Notes: generated by a model not told the origin, from the sequence alone. 64,000 nucleotides of DNA from Candidatus Thalassarchaeaceae archaeon (GCA_030747485.1 JASLKP010000006.1:608-64607), one strand, 5' to 3'. Shown: positions 51,830 to 62,203, counted from the stretch's first letter. Numbers and translations: made by a program.

Positions 51830-51891
51830 CCGTACGCCCCGAACCGCGGTGAACGGTCGCCTTGAAATGGGCTTTGAGAGTCCCACGAGCC

Positions 51892-54120
51892 ATGTCGGGG
51901 GAAGGATTCGCCGCGAAACGGCGGGCAGAGAAGGATACTGCGAGCGTAGTGCAATCAGACCCCCCCTTGATTGACGCGCTCAAAGAACAGGCTCCTGCGA
52001 TGACTGGCATGGCAGGGATGTTCATCGGAACTATTCTTCTCGCAATGTCGATTCAAGAGTTCTATGACAGGGATGAACTACGAGCATTTGGTGATGCAGG
52101 AACGACCAAAGCAGGGTTCATCTTCATGGAATTAATCTTCATCTTCATCTTTACTGCGGCAATCATTTGGCTTGCTCGAAAGGGATTGCAAAATTTCATT
52201 CGTTGGGGAGTATTATTCGTCCTTTGGATTGCAATGCTCTACACTCTAGTGCCACTTAGTCACATGATCATCGGTGAAAATGAACCACCTCTATCGAGTA
52301 TTGAAGAAGATGTGGATGATGCATACATCCTCGCTGTCAACGAAGATGGGGCGAGCTTCTACGTATTCGATCCTAGTGTTGGAGAGCATGGTGCCATTCA
52401 TCACATGGATGATGCTGGCGGAGGAAATGGATCATTTGCTGGAGCGAATGTGTTATGGACACATCAAATCACACCGGAGGATGTAGCCCCTTCTGACTTG
52501 CCTAGTTTGACATTCAGTGATGATGGGATTGTAATGTGTGAAGGTACTCGTTGGGTATTACTTGATTATGATACAGGAAATGAAATTGATTCACATTCAC
52601 GGAATTGCGACATTGGATTCCGATACGAACCAACTGACAGCAATTGGGAAACGTGCGATGGAGCGGATGATGAACCTCAAGATTGGGTGATTGAATACTC
52701 TCGGCGATTTACACCCATTCCATTCGTCATGGATGGGGAAGCGCCCCCTGGTGGTACTGGAGACTGTACTGGCGAACAAGGTGATTGGCGCAGAAATTTC
52801 CCAGAAAATTTTGATGGAAAAAATATTCTATTTTCTCGAGATGTGGGTGATGATCACTTCCTCATCGTCTCACCGCAATGGGCTGGAATGGTTGTTTATC
52901 CCACTGGACCCGCACCTGGTATGAATCCAGGAGATGAACCAATTGAAACCACTTGGAATATGTCACTTTCAGGCAATGAGAGATTTACTGGTGTGACTTA
53001 CGGAGTCGCACCTGGTCTTGATGTGAGCAGTGAAGAGTTAACACTCGTTCTAGGAACAAATGATGGAGATGTTACGGGTTGGTCTGTCAATCAATCAGGA
53101 ACTGTAGAACATCAATTCAATATGCCCCTAGATAATCCGATTCGGGGATTACTACTCGCAGACTGTTGTGCGGGTGGAAGTAATGATTTGTGGATTGTCG
53201 AAGGTGATTCTCTCAGGATTTTCATGGGTACATCCCTCAATGAACAATCCAGAAGTCTGGAAGTAGATGGAGAAAATCGTGTCTTGATGGCGTTACACAA
53301 TGTGGATAATGGAAACGAACCATTGGATGACGGAGTGCTCTTGATTGAACATGATGGGGATTGGTCGAGTTCGACATACACTGTATTCATTCCAAATTAT
53401 GCGGTTGTCATCGGAGGCATTGGGGTTCAATGGTCAGAGATTCTTTCACTCGGCATTTCGATTGGATTGATGGTTGCTCTTCTTCGACATCCAGAGTGGT
53501 ACGTGGTGAATACGACTGGGATCTTGGTCGGGGCTGGCGTAATCACGATTCTCGGTGTGTCCTTTGTACCGATTCTCATTATGCTCTTCATGGTCCTAGC
53601 AGCCGGTTATGATGCATGGGCAGTTTACAAATCAAAACATATGCTTGAACTAGCAGATACGATGATTGGACTGAAACTACCCATTCTATTGGTTGCACCT
53701 CAAGACAAGGAGTATTCATTCATTGGAGAAGGGGATTCTGTGATGCATGATAAGGGCAATGAAATCGCACCAATGCAACAACACCCAGAAAAGAAAATCC
53801 GTCCAATCAAAAAGGAAGGCGGTGAGGCGATGTTCATGGGATTAGGTGACGTAATCTTCCCAGGTATGCTATGTATCTCAGCAATGTCATTCCTACCGAC
53901 TGTAAGTGGGCCAATGGGATGGGAGGGGTCAACGTGGGTAGCCCTAGGCACAATGATGGGTGGATTGGTAGGCTATTTCGCCCTCATGACATATGTCGCC
54001 CGTGGCAGACCACAAGCAGGACTTCCATTACTCAATGGAGGCGCGATTCTTGGATACGTAATCTCGGCAGCAATCTTCGTGGGTAGTATTGCCTTCGAAA
54101 TGAACGTTAGTCTGTTTTGA
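51892..54120 (+). CDS. Presenilin-family (GxGD) intramembrane aspartyl protease with a large inserted soluble domain
   Basis: YDAWAVYKSKHM, MGLGD, PQAGLPLLNGG motifs; ~370-aa hydrophilic insert. Confidence 0.88.
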   Translation: MSGEGFAAKRRAEKDTASVVQSDPPLIDALKEQAPAMTGMAGMFIGTILLAMSIQEFYDRDELRAFGDAGTTKAGFIFMELIFIFIFTAAIIWLARKGLQNFIRWGVLFVLWIAMLYTLVPLSHMIIGENEPPLSSIEEDVDDAYILAVNEDGASFYVFDPSVGEHGAIHHMDDAGGGNGSFAGANVLWTHQITPEDVAPSDLPSLTFSDDGIVMCEGTRWVLLDYDTGNEIDSHSRNCDIGFRYEPTDSNWETCDGADDEPQDWVIEYSRRFTPIPFVMDGEAPPGGTGDCTGEQGDWRRNFPENFDGKNILFSRDVGDDHFLIVSPQWAGMVVYPTGPAPGMNPGDEPIETTWNMSLSGNERFTGVTYGVAPGLDVSSEELTLVLGTNDGDVTGWSVNQSGTVEHQFNMPLDNPIRGLLLADCCAGGSNDLWIVEGDSLRIFMGTSLNEQSRSLEVDGENRVLMALHNVDNGNEPLDDGVLLIEHDGDWSSSTYTVFIPNYAVVIGGIGVQWSEILSLGISIGLMVALLRHPEWYVVNTTGILVGAGVITILGVSFVPILIMLFMVLAAGYDAWAVYKSKHMLELADTMIGLKLPILLVAPQDKEYSFIGEGDSVMHDKGNEIAPMQQHPEKKIRPIKKEGGEAMFMGLGDVIFPGMLCISAMSFLPTVSGPMGWEGSTWVALGTMMGGLVGYFALMTYVARGRPQAGLPLLNGGAILGYVISAAIFVGSIAFEMNVSLF

Positions 54121-54147
54121 TTGTCCGTCGCCTTCAAGCCTAAAGAG

Positions 54148-54164
54148 CGGTTCCGTAGGAACCG
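54148..54164. repeat. C-RTA-G triloop palindrome, copy 8 (cggttcc-GTA-ggaaccg)
   Basis: Perfect 7-bp inverted repeat between the TATA-like cttcaag and the serS ATG. Confidence 0.8.
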
Positions 54165-54173
54165 GAGAACCCT

Positions 54174-55457
54174 ATGTTGGATATTCGAATGTTCCGTGAA
54201 CACGCGGATGTTATTCGTGCAGACCACGATAAGAGGGGGCTGTCTCATGATTCCATTGATGATGTCATTCGCCTAGATGAAGAATGGCGAAAATCGCAGT
54301 ATGATGCTGATCAATTGCGTCGTAAACGCAACGAAGCTGCAAGAGGTATTGCGGCAGCAAAGAAGGCTGGTGATGATGCTACATTTGCCCAAATCAAAGC
54401 TGAAGTTGATGCAATAGCATCGGAAATTGAAGCATTGGGCATACAGGCTGATTCACAACAAGCAGAGCGTGATCTCATTCGAATGAGTATTCCAAATATC
54501 CTCCATGCAAGCGTACCAAAAGGAGAGGATGATGGTGGAAATACACAGCATAGTATGCACGGAAGCAAACCGAATTTCGATTTTGAACCAAGAACCCACA
54601 ATGATCTCATCGAGGCAAACAAGTGGGTCGATTTACCCCGCGCAGCAAAAATCGCCGGTAGTCGTTTCTTCTTCCTCAAAGGGGACTTGGCTCGAATGGA
54701 ACTTGCGCTCCAACAGTATGCCGTTGATTTCATCGCATCTCGTGGCTATACCTTCGTTCAACCACCTGTCATGATGAATCGACAAGCATACGAAGGTGTC
54801 ACGGATCTTGAGGACTTTGAATCCGTGATGTACAATGTTCAACCTGATGGCTTGTATACCATTGCTACCAGTGAACACCCATTGACGGCGATGTTCATGG
54901 ATGAAGTCATTGAACCAAGTCAATTGCCAATCAAAATCGTTGGTGTATCTCCTTGCTTCCGTAGAGAAGTTGGTGCACATGGACAAGGTGACAAGGGAAT
55001 TTGGCGAGTTCATCAATTCACTAAGATTGAACAGATTATCATCAGTCACCCCGATGAATCATGGGATTTCCATGAAGAATTACTCACAAATTGTGTGGAA
55101 TTATGGGATTCACTTGGAATCCACTATGAAGTCGTGAACATCTGTACTGGTGACATGGGGACTGTTGCAGCCAAGAAATACGATCTTGAAGCTTGGCTGC
55201 CTGCTCGTGAAGAATACAAAGAAATCGTATCCTGTTCAAATTGTACAGATTATCAGGCAAATCGCCTAAGGATGCGTTATCGCACAGCAGAAGGAAATTC
55301 CGCAGTCCACACATTGAATTCAACCGCAGTAGCAACATCTCGTGCTCTTGTAGCAATCATGGAACAAAATCAACTTGCAGATGGAAGAGTACGCGTTCCT
55401 GACGTACTTCAATCCTATATGGGTGATACTGAAACCCTTGAACCTTGCAATTGGTAA
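54174..55457 (+). CDS. serS: Seryl-tRNA synthetase
   Basis: N-terminal coiled coil, TSEHPL, CFRRE, RVHQF, EIVSCSNC, HTLN. Confidence 0.96.
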   Translation: MLDIRMFREHADVIRADHDKRGLSHDSIDDVIRLDEEWRKSQYDADQLRRKRNEAARGIAAAKKAGDDATFAQIKAEVDAIASEIEALGIQADSQQAERDLIRMSIPNILHASVPKGEDDGGNTQHSMHGSKPNFDFEPRTHNDLIEANKWVDLPRAAKIAGSRFFFLKGDLARMELALQQYAVDFIASRGYTFVQPPVMMNRQAYEGVTDLEDFESVMYNVQPDGLYTIATSEHPLTAMFMDEVIEPSQLPIKIVGVSPCFRREVGAHGQGDKGIWRVHQFTKIEQIIISHPDESWDFHEELLTNCVELWDSLGIHYEVVNICTGDMGTVAAKKYDLEAWLPAREEYKEIVSCSNCTDYQANRLRMRYRTAEGNSAVHTLNSTAVATSRALVAIMEQNQLADGRVRVPDVLQSYMGDTETLEPCNW

Positions 55458-55467
55458 ATTGATTTTA

Positions 55468-55953
55468 TCAATTGGAATCATCCCCAGATTCTAACTCTAC
55501 TAGAATCGCACCAGCCTCGACTTGTTCTCCCGCTACAAAGTGAATTGCTGAAATCGTACCAGAAGTCATTGCATTGATTCGATGCTCCATCTTCATCGCC
55601 TCCATCACAATCAATGGATCCCCTTCGTCAACTTCATCACCAACGCTACAGATTACCTCGAGAATCTTACCTGGCATCGGTGCACTCATTCCGCCTTCTG
55701 ACGCAGCGCCCCCAATCCCTTGTTCAGAGATTGACATCACATGTACGCGACCCGCAATATGGACCCACCAATTGTCACCAACCTTGGAGATATGAGCCAA
55801 TCGATGGTTTATCCAAATACGCCCTGCACGCGCATCTGTTTCGATGACGAGTGAGGTGTCGACTTCTTCGTCATCACACTTTGCTTCAATCAATTCCAAT
55901 CCACTAAACTGAATATGCCAATGACGACCATTTGAATCGAGAATATCTATCAT
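55468..55953 (-). CDS. Biotin carboxyl carrier protein
   Basis: APMPG...MEAMKME biotinylation motif. Confidence 0.92.
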   Translation of the reverse strand: MIDILDSNGRHWHIQFSGLELIEAKCDDEEVDTSLVIETDARAGRIWINHRLAHISKVGDNWWVHIAGRVHVMSISEQGIGGAASEGGMSAPMPGKILEVICSVGDEVDEGDPLIVMEAMKMEHRINAMTSGTISAIHFVAGEQVEAGAILVELESGDDSN

Positions 55954-55961
55954 CAAATCAC

Positions 55962-57503
55962 CTATGGGAAACTCCTACGCAACGATAAGAATGGATTGTA
56001 GGGGCTGCCTCGACCTTCGTCTGCTTCGACTGCAATCGCTTTTCGAGCTAGGCCCATGTGTTCTGCCGCTGCAGCAGCAAACACGGCATCGCTGGGAGGG
56101 GTTGAAACCCACCCCTCTGGCCAATGTATGTCAATAAAATCAGTCGTCGTCGCTCCGGACAAATATGCATCATGATTCATGATATCTGTGAGAAAGCCAA
56201 GATTGGTTGTTGCACCCAAAATGATGAAATCTTCGCATGCCCGTTTCATTCTGCGAATCGCTGAGGGGCGATCTGGTGCGTGTACGATGAGTTTCGCGAG
56301 CATTGGATCAAAATCAATTCGTGCCTCATCACCTTCCCTGACACCTGTATCCAAACGGATGCCAGGCCCCTCAGGGGGACGGAACATCACCAATGGCCCT
56401 GTAGCAGGTAGGAAATTATTCGCTGGGTCTTCTGCATATATTCTGACTTCAATTGCATGACCACGAATCGTGAGGTCGTCCTGTGTGAATTCGAGTGGCA
56501 ATCCTGCTGCAACACGTAATTGTTCTACGACTAAATCAACACCACTAATCGATTCTGTGACCGGATGTTCAACCTGTAAACGCGTGTTCATTTCTAGAAA
56601 ATGGAATTCGCCATCTTCAGCCATCAGAAATTCTACTGTCCCGGCCCCTTCGTAATTCACTGCCTTCGCAGCATTGACGGCCGCAGCCCCCATTGCCAAG
56701 CGATTTTCAGGCGTTAAAACAGGGGATGGGGCTTCCTCAACCACCTTCTGATGACGGCGTTGGATGCTACATTCTCTTTCAAATAGATGCACAACATTGC
56801 CGTGTGAATCTGCTAAGACCTGGACCTCAATGTGCCTTGATTTCTCTAGAAGTCGTTCCACATAAACAGTCCCGTCACCGAATGCTGTTGTCGCTTCTCG
56901 ACTAGCAGCAGCGTATTCACGTTGGAGATTTCTTGGCTCCCGTACAACACGCATTCCTTTACCACCACCACCTGCACTAGCCTTCAAGAGTAATGGATAG
57001 CCCACGCGAGTAGCTGCCCGAACCAGTTCCTCAACGAGGTCTTCGGGATTATCCAAAGGCAATTCTTCACCAGGAATGACGGGGACGTTTGCCTCAATCA
57101 TTGCTCTGCGGGCTCTAACCTTGTCTCCCATTTCATCAATTGCATGAGAGGGTGGACCGATCCAAACCAAATTGGCTGAAAGGACGGCCTCTGCAAATGC
57201 TGATCGCTCGGAAAGAAAACCATAACCTGGATGAATTGCATCAGAACCGGTAGATTCCGCTGCTTCGATGATGGCTCTAATATTGAGATATGTTTCAGAT
57301 AGTTCTGTCCCCTCTAAGAATACGGCTTCATCTGCCATCTGCATATGCATTGAACCTCGATCTGCCTCAGAAAAAACTGCAACAGATGAAATGCCTAATT
57401 CAGCACACGCTCTGAAAACTCGACAAGCAATCTCACCTCGATTGGCAACCAAGACCTTGGTGATGGGGCGTGAAGCACCCACCATCCAGTCAGGGCCCGT
57501 CAT
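55962..57503 (-). CDS. Biotin carboxylase subunit (3-methylcrotonyl-CoA carboxylase alpha-like)
   Basis: ANRGEIA, HPGYGFLSE, GGGGKGMR, RECSIQRRHQK, EMNTRLQVEH. Confidence 0.93.
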   Translation of the reverse strand: MTGPDWMVGASRPITKVLVANRGEIACRVFRACAELGISSVAVFSEADRGSMHMQMADEAVFLEGTELSETYLNIRAIIEAAESTGSDAIHPGYGFLSERSAFAEAVLSANLVWIGPPSHAIDEMGDKVRARRAMIEANVPVIPGEELPLDNPEDLVEELVRAATRVGYPLLLKASAGGGGKGMRVVREPRNLQREYAAASREATTAFGDGTVYVERLLEKSRHIEVQVLADSHGNVVHLFERECSIQRRHQKVVEEAPSPVLTPENRLAMGAAAVNAAKAVNYEGAGTVEFLMAEDGEFHFLEMNTRLQVEHPVTESISGVDLVVEQLRVAAGLPLEFTQDDLTIRGHAIEVRIYAEDPANNFLPATGPLVMFRPPEGPGIRLDTGVREGDEARIDFDPMLAKLIVHAPDRPSAIRRMKRACEDFIILGATTNLGFLTDIMNHDAYLSGATTTDFIDIHWPEGWVSTPPSDAVFAAAAAEHMGLARKAIAVEADEGRGSPYNPFLSLRRSFP

Positions 57504-57510
57504 GGTGTAT

Positions 57511-58386
57511 TCACTCCTGCTTCCAATTGGGAGGTCTCTTCTCTAGGAATGAGGCAAGGCCCTCTTGGCCTTCTGCAGAGCCTCGCATTTCACTGGTCTT
57601 GTCAAGAGTCCATGTTCTCAATTCCTCGTCATTGCCTGTCCAGCGATCAAAGGTCAAGGTCAGTTTCTTTGATTCGGCAACAGCCATCGGGCCAGTGCTC
57701 AGTACCTCATCTATGACCGAAGACTCAGCACCATCAAGGGATTCAGATAGTTGATTTACCAATCCAATTCTAAGGGCTTCTTCAGAATCAATCCTTCCGG
57801 CTAACATAGAGAGTCTGCGGAATTCAGCACTACCCACTTTACGATATACGTACGGTCCAATGACTGCAGGTAATATTCCCAATTTCCCTTCCGATAAGGC
57901 AATGCGCGCATTCGGATTAACGATGACGTGGTCAAGACAAGCGATGAGACCCGCACCACCACCAAGAGCAACACCCTGAACCTTACCAATTGTGAAGCAC
58001 GGATGGGCCCAGAGGCTGTTGAAGAGAAGATCTAAGCGTTCAGAATCTGCTCGATTCTCTTCAGGACTTTTGGCACCAGCATCTCGCATCATATTGATAT
58101 CTGCACCTGCGCAGAAATGCTTTCCAGTACCTGAAAGTACAATCACACGAAGATATGGTGCACCTGCACCATCATTGAGCGTTCCTCGTTCACCAACCGA
58201 GCGTTCACGTGTCCAATCCAGTAATGAGATGATTTCTGTGATTAGAGGAATGTTCAGAGCATTGTACACATCTTCTCTAGCGAGAGTAAGATGAGCGATT
58301 GCTCCGTCAAGTTCAAGCGAACATAGACTAGTTTCTGGCTTTAAATCTCCAATTGCATAATTCAACATTTCAATTGCTCCTTTCAC
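57511..58386 (-). CDS. liuC: Enoyl-CoA hydratase, methylglutaconyl-CoA hydratase-like
   Basis: [39 protein letters not shown]; lies within the MCC operon. Confidence 0.8.
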   Translation of the reverse strand: MKGAIEMLNYAIGDLKPETSLCSLELDGAIAHLTLAREDVYNALNIPLITEIISLLDWTRERSVGERGTLNDGAGAPYLRVIVLSGTGKHFCAGADINMMRDAGAKSPEENRADSERLDLLFNSLWAHPCFTIGKVQGVALGGGAGLIACLDHVIVNPNARIALSEGKLGILPAVIGPYVYRKVGSAEFRRLSMLAGRIDSEEALRIGLVNQLSESLDGAESSVIDEVLSTGPMAVAESKKLTLTFDRWTGNDEELRTWTLDKTSEMRGSAEGQEGLASFLEKRPPNWKQE

Positions 58387-59993
58387 ATTCTGAATATCCC
58401 ATAATCTTGATCTGGCATGGGGGCGTTAAGACTTGCAGAAATCGCAAGTCCTAGCACATCTCTCGTATCTCGTGGATCAATGATACCATCATCCCATAGT
58501 CGAGCCGTAGAGTAGTAAGGGGAACCCTCGACATCGTATTTTTCAAGAATTGGGGCTTGGAACGCATTCCATTCCTCATCAGTCATTGGGTCGAGGCCCT
58601 CGCGTTCTCGTTGATCTTGTTTGACAGTAGCAAGCACATCTGCTGCTTGAGGACCACCCATGACAGAGATTCGACTATTTGGCCACATGAAGAGGAAACG
58701 TGGGTCGTAAGCACGCCCACACATTCCATAGTTTCCAGCACCATGACTTCCTCCGATGATTACAGTGAATTTGGGGACCGGGACACAAGATACTGCTGTG
58801 ACTAGTTTAGCGCCATCTTTAGCAATACCACCCGATTCATACTTCTGACCCACCATGAATCCAGTGATATTTTGTAAGAATACCAGTGGAATCCCTCGTT
58901 GGCCACAAAGTTCGACGAAGTGGGCCCCCTTGAGGGATGATTCAGAGAACAAAATTCCATTGTTGGCAACAATGCCCACCGGATATCCATGAATCCTAGC
59001 GAAACCACACACGAGTGTCGGCCCATAGCGTGCCTTGAATTCGTGGAAGCGACTACCATCTACAATCCGAGCAATGATCTCTCGAACATCAAACGGCGTA
59101 CGATTGTCTTCGGGAATGATACCGAGTATTTCATCGGGACTATGTGCTGGATCTTCGGGCGGTTGGACATCCAATTTGACCTTGTGCTTTGGATTGAGAT
59201 TTTCGACAATGTTTCGAACCATCCGAAGTGCCGTTGGTTCATCCTCTGCGTAATGGTCTGCAACACCTGATTGGGCAGTATGCACATCGGCTCCACCGAG
59301 ATCCTCTGCAGATACCTCTTCGCCAGTCGCTGCTTTCACCAACGGTGGACCAGCAAGAAAAATTGTACCATTTCCTTTGACGATGATTGATTCATCCGAC
59401 ATTGCTGGTACATAAGCGCCTCCAGCCGTACATGAACCACACACAGCTGCAATTTGTGGAATGCCCTTACCACTCATGATTGCTTGATTTCTAAAGATGC
59501 GTCCAAAGTGTCCTTTGTCTGGAAATACTTCGTCTTGCATTGGGAGGAAAGCACCGCCTGAATCAACCAGATAGATACAGGGTAGGTGATTGGTATCAGC
59601 AACCTCCTGAGCCCGAACATGTTTCTTCACAGTCAATGGATAATACGAACCACCCTTGACTGTTGCATCATTGGCTACGAACAAGCACTCCTGTCCATGT
59701 ACAACACCAATTCCAGTAATCAAACCAGCCGCTGCTGCATTGCCATCATACAACTCAAATGCAGCTAGTGGAGAGAGTTCAAGGAATGGTGTACCTGGGT
59801 CACAAATGGCTGCAATTCGTTCCCTCGGTAGGGCCTTGCCTCGACTACGGTGTTTCTCGACATACTTTCCACCCCCACCATCTTTCACAGCATCCAATCT
59901 CTCCCGAAGTGTATCAAGGAGTGAACTGTTGTGGGCATGATTAGATTGAAACTGGCCATCACCAGTGTTCACCTGACTCTGAAGTCGTTCCAT
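58383..59993 (-). CDS. liuB: 3-methylcrotonyl-CoA carboxylase beta (carboxyltransferase) subunit
   Basis: [46 protein letters not shown]. Confidence 0.9.
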   Translation of the reverse strand: MERLQSQVNTGDGQFQSNHAHNSSLLDTLRERLDAVKDGGGGKYVEKHRSRGKALPRERIAAICDPGTPFLELSPLAAFELYDGNAAAAGLITGIGVVHGQECLFVANDATVKGGSYYPLTVKKHVRAQEVADTNHLPCIYLVDSGGAFLPMQDEVFPDKGHFGRIFRNQAIMSGKGIPQIAAVCGSCTAGGAYVPAMSDESIIVKGNGTIFLAGPPLVKAATGEEVSAEDLGGADVHTAQSGVADHYAEDEPTALRMVRNIVENLNPKHKVKLDVQPPEDPAHSPDEILGIIPEDNRTPFDVREIIARIVDGSRFHEFKARYGPTLVCGFARIHGYPVGIVANNGILFSESSLKGAHFVELCGQRGIPLVFLQNITGFMVGQKYESGGIAKDGAKLVTAVSCVPVPKFTVIIGGSHGAGNYGMCGRAYDPRFLFMWPNSRISVMGGPQAADVLATVKQDQREREGLDPMTDEEWNAFQAPILEKYDVEGSPYYSTARLWDDGIIDPRDTRDVLGLAISASLNAPMPDQDYGIFRM

Positions 59994-60015
59994 TCGCACC
60001 CCCCTAGGGGTGCGA
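59994..60015 (-). promoter_or_regulatory. 9-bp stem hairpin abutting the liuB start codon
   Basis: Minus strand TCGCACCCC-TAGG-GGGGTGCGA-ATG. Confidence 0.5.
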
Positions 60016-60045
60016 TAGGTCATCGACCCTTGAACACTCTGTCAA

Positions 60046-61353
60046 TCAAATACCAAGCGTTAGACGTAAAATGTCACGTAACCCTGGTGCCAAACCCACA
60101 GTAAGCAAGCAGAGAATCACCAACAATCGTAGGTGCCGATGACGCTGTTCAAATCGGGCTGATGCAAACAAGAACCAAACCACTCCTGCAAGTACAAATT
60201 TTAGGGCAGCGAAACCCCAAGCAGCACCACTCAATTCAATCACTTTTTGAGAAAGTACATGTTTCTCAGAATAACCAAAATGATCTACGCCCAAATATGT
60301 CGCTAGACCATCCACCATTTGACCGTACATGGCCAACAATACAACTGGAACAGATAGCATAGCCATTGGAGATAGTGATTCCATTCGCTCAAAGGTTGAT
60401 GAACGCTGATTTTCCCAATCATCAATCGTGATTCCCAAAGGTATGATTCCGGGCTCCAACCCCATGTGGTGTAATGCAATTCTAGAATGCCTACCAATTG
60501 ACCAACATGTAAGGCAAATGAAGAGAGGTAACAAGATCACCACAGCCATCGGCCACAGAGGTTCTGTTTGATTATTTTCAAGTGGTTGAACATACATCGA
60601 AAACCAAGCTGAAAGATGTAGGAAACTGCCTCCAATTCCAACCTGCATTAGTCCCTGTTCGATTGGAGTCAAGAATTCAACAAGTATCGGATGTAAGGCA
60701 ATGATGAGAATGATACCAGAAAGAGGGAACCACAAGAGAGGAGAGGTGATATTAACATCCCAATGATATAGAAATTGAGGCCAGAAACAGACGATTTGTA
60801 GCAACACGAGAATGACGGATAATTGAGTGACAGATTGGCGACCCTCAACTCCCTCGCTTAGGTACACTCGATGACTCATGAATGCAGTAATTACCACCCA
60901 TAGAGCAACATGGAAATGCACCAATGGCGATACGAATAATGCACCAATACCATCTCTGAATAATGCCCCATCTTCATTGACTTCCCCCAAGGCAGCCCAA
61001 AGTACCCAAGGCAGAAGGGCAATCAATGATTGATCCCGTGGTGGAAAACCCATTTTTCGCAACCATGCTGATATGACTACAACGAATGATACCAGTAAGA
61101 CCGAATAGGCGACTGTATCTACTGGATTGTAACCCGCGTCGCCTTGAGTTGAGTCTTGATTGAGTGGATCTAGAAAATTTGTCTGTACTGTTTCTGATAG
61201 AGTATTTCCTGGTACAAGGTCGTTCCCAACAACTGCTCCAATGAAAAGAATCAGAGCGCTCAAGATAATCCAAGCAGCAAAACGTTCCATTAGAGAAAGG
61301 TGAGCATCTGGAATCGGTTTGACCGAAATCAAGGGACTCGGTTCATCAGCCAT
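60046..61353 (-). CDS. DUF63-family polytopic membrane protein
   Basis: GYNPVDT near the N-terminus; GQMVDGLATYLG...YSEKHVLS; GLAPGLRDILR at the C-terminus. Confidence 0.8.
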   Translation of the reverse strand: MADEPSPLISVKPIPDAHLSLMERFAAWIILSALILFIGAVVGNDLVPGNTLSETVQTNFLDPLNQDSTQGDAGYNPVDTVAYSVLLVSFVVVISAWLRKMGFPPRDQSLIALLPWVLWAALGEVNEDGALFRDGIGALFVSPLVHFHVALWVVITAFMSHRVYLSEGVEGRQSVTQLSVILVLLQIVCFWPQFLYHWDVNITSPLLWFPLSGIILIIALHPILVEFLTPIEQGLMQVGIGGSFLHLSAWFSMYVQPLENNQTEPLWPMAVVILLPLFICLTCWSIGRHSRIALHHMGLEPGIIPLGITIDDWENQRSSTFERMESLSPMAMLSVPVVLLAMYGQMVDGLATYLGVDHFGYSEKHVLSQKVIELSGAAWGFAALKFVLAGVVWFLFASARFEQRHRHLRLLVILCLLTVGLAPGLRDILRLTLGI

Positions 61354-61408
61354 CAAAGCACCCCAAGGTAGACCACTCTAAGCGGTTTCCCGAAAGAGAT
61401 TCTGAATA

Positions 61409-62113
61409 TCATTCCTCTTCGGAAGCCTCGGGAATTTCACGTGCCTCGTGAACTTCACGGAAGACGATTGTCCCAACGCCGACATGCTCTCGCAGAGTAC
61501 TAATCAAACTGAACTTTGTATATGCCCAATTTTGATCGTAAGAGACGAACTCAGGCAATGTGATTGTAACATCATCACCATCGAACTCAACTTCAAAACC
61601 ATCGCGGCCGCTGTTTGTTTCTAGTAGAGTAGTTACCTTATCAGCACGATCTTCAATGACCTTGACAATACGGTAATTATAGCGCAGTGTACGACCTGCC
61701 AATGGATGATTAAAATCGATACGAGCTCGTCCTGCACGGAACATTTGGAGGACCCCTTGCTTACCTCCAATTTCTACGGGACCACCGACAGAAAGACTCT
61801 CTGGATCGCGAACTGAACGAGCAAGAACATCCATCGACATTGTTTCTACAGAACCTGGGTCCCTTTCACCATAAGCATCCTCTGGAGCGATATCAAACGA
61901 ATAATCTGTATCGGGCTCTGCCTCTGCAAGATGAGACTCAAATCCTGCAATTAGACGACCGTCACCAATGACTGCAATGAGGGGTTTGTATGTTCGATTT
62001 TCATCAAACTTGTCAGACTCCTTTGCAATCTCTTCGCGAGTCGTTTCGATGAGAGTATCATCATCGGCATTGTACAAGTCATAGTCGATGTGTACGATTG
62101 AACCATTCTCCAT
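61409..62113 (-). CDS. FKBP-type peptidyl-prolyl isomerase (long archaeal SlyD-like)
   Basis: VHIDYD...ETT, PEDAYGER, IDFNHPLAGRTL. Confidence 0.92.
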   Translation of the reverse strand: MENGSIVHIDYDLYNADDDTLIETTREEIAKESDKFDENRTYKPLIAVIGDGRLIAGFESHLAEAEPDTDYSFDIAPEDAYGERDPGSVETMSMDVLARSVRDPESLSVGGPVEIGGKQGVLQMFRAGRARIDFNHPLAGRTLRYNYRIVKVIEDRADKVTTLLETNSGRDGFEVEFDGDDVTITLPEFVSYDQNWAYTKFSLISTLREHVGVGTIVFREVHEAREIPEASEEE

Positions 62114-62188
62114 AGGGGTCACCTACCCAGTGTTGGGCGGCTCGGCGACCGACTCCCCCTTTATGAGCGGTCCGGCTGCATCATGAGC

Positions 62189-62203
62189 GAGCCCGTAGGG
62201 CTC
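62189..62203. repeat. C-RTA-G triloop palindrome, copy 9 (gagccc-GTA-gggctc)
   Basis: Perfect 6-bp inverted repeat overlapping the ccmF stop codon; shares gcccgtagggc with copy 3. Confidence 0.7.
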
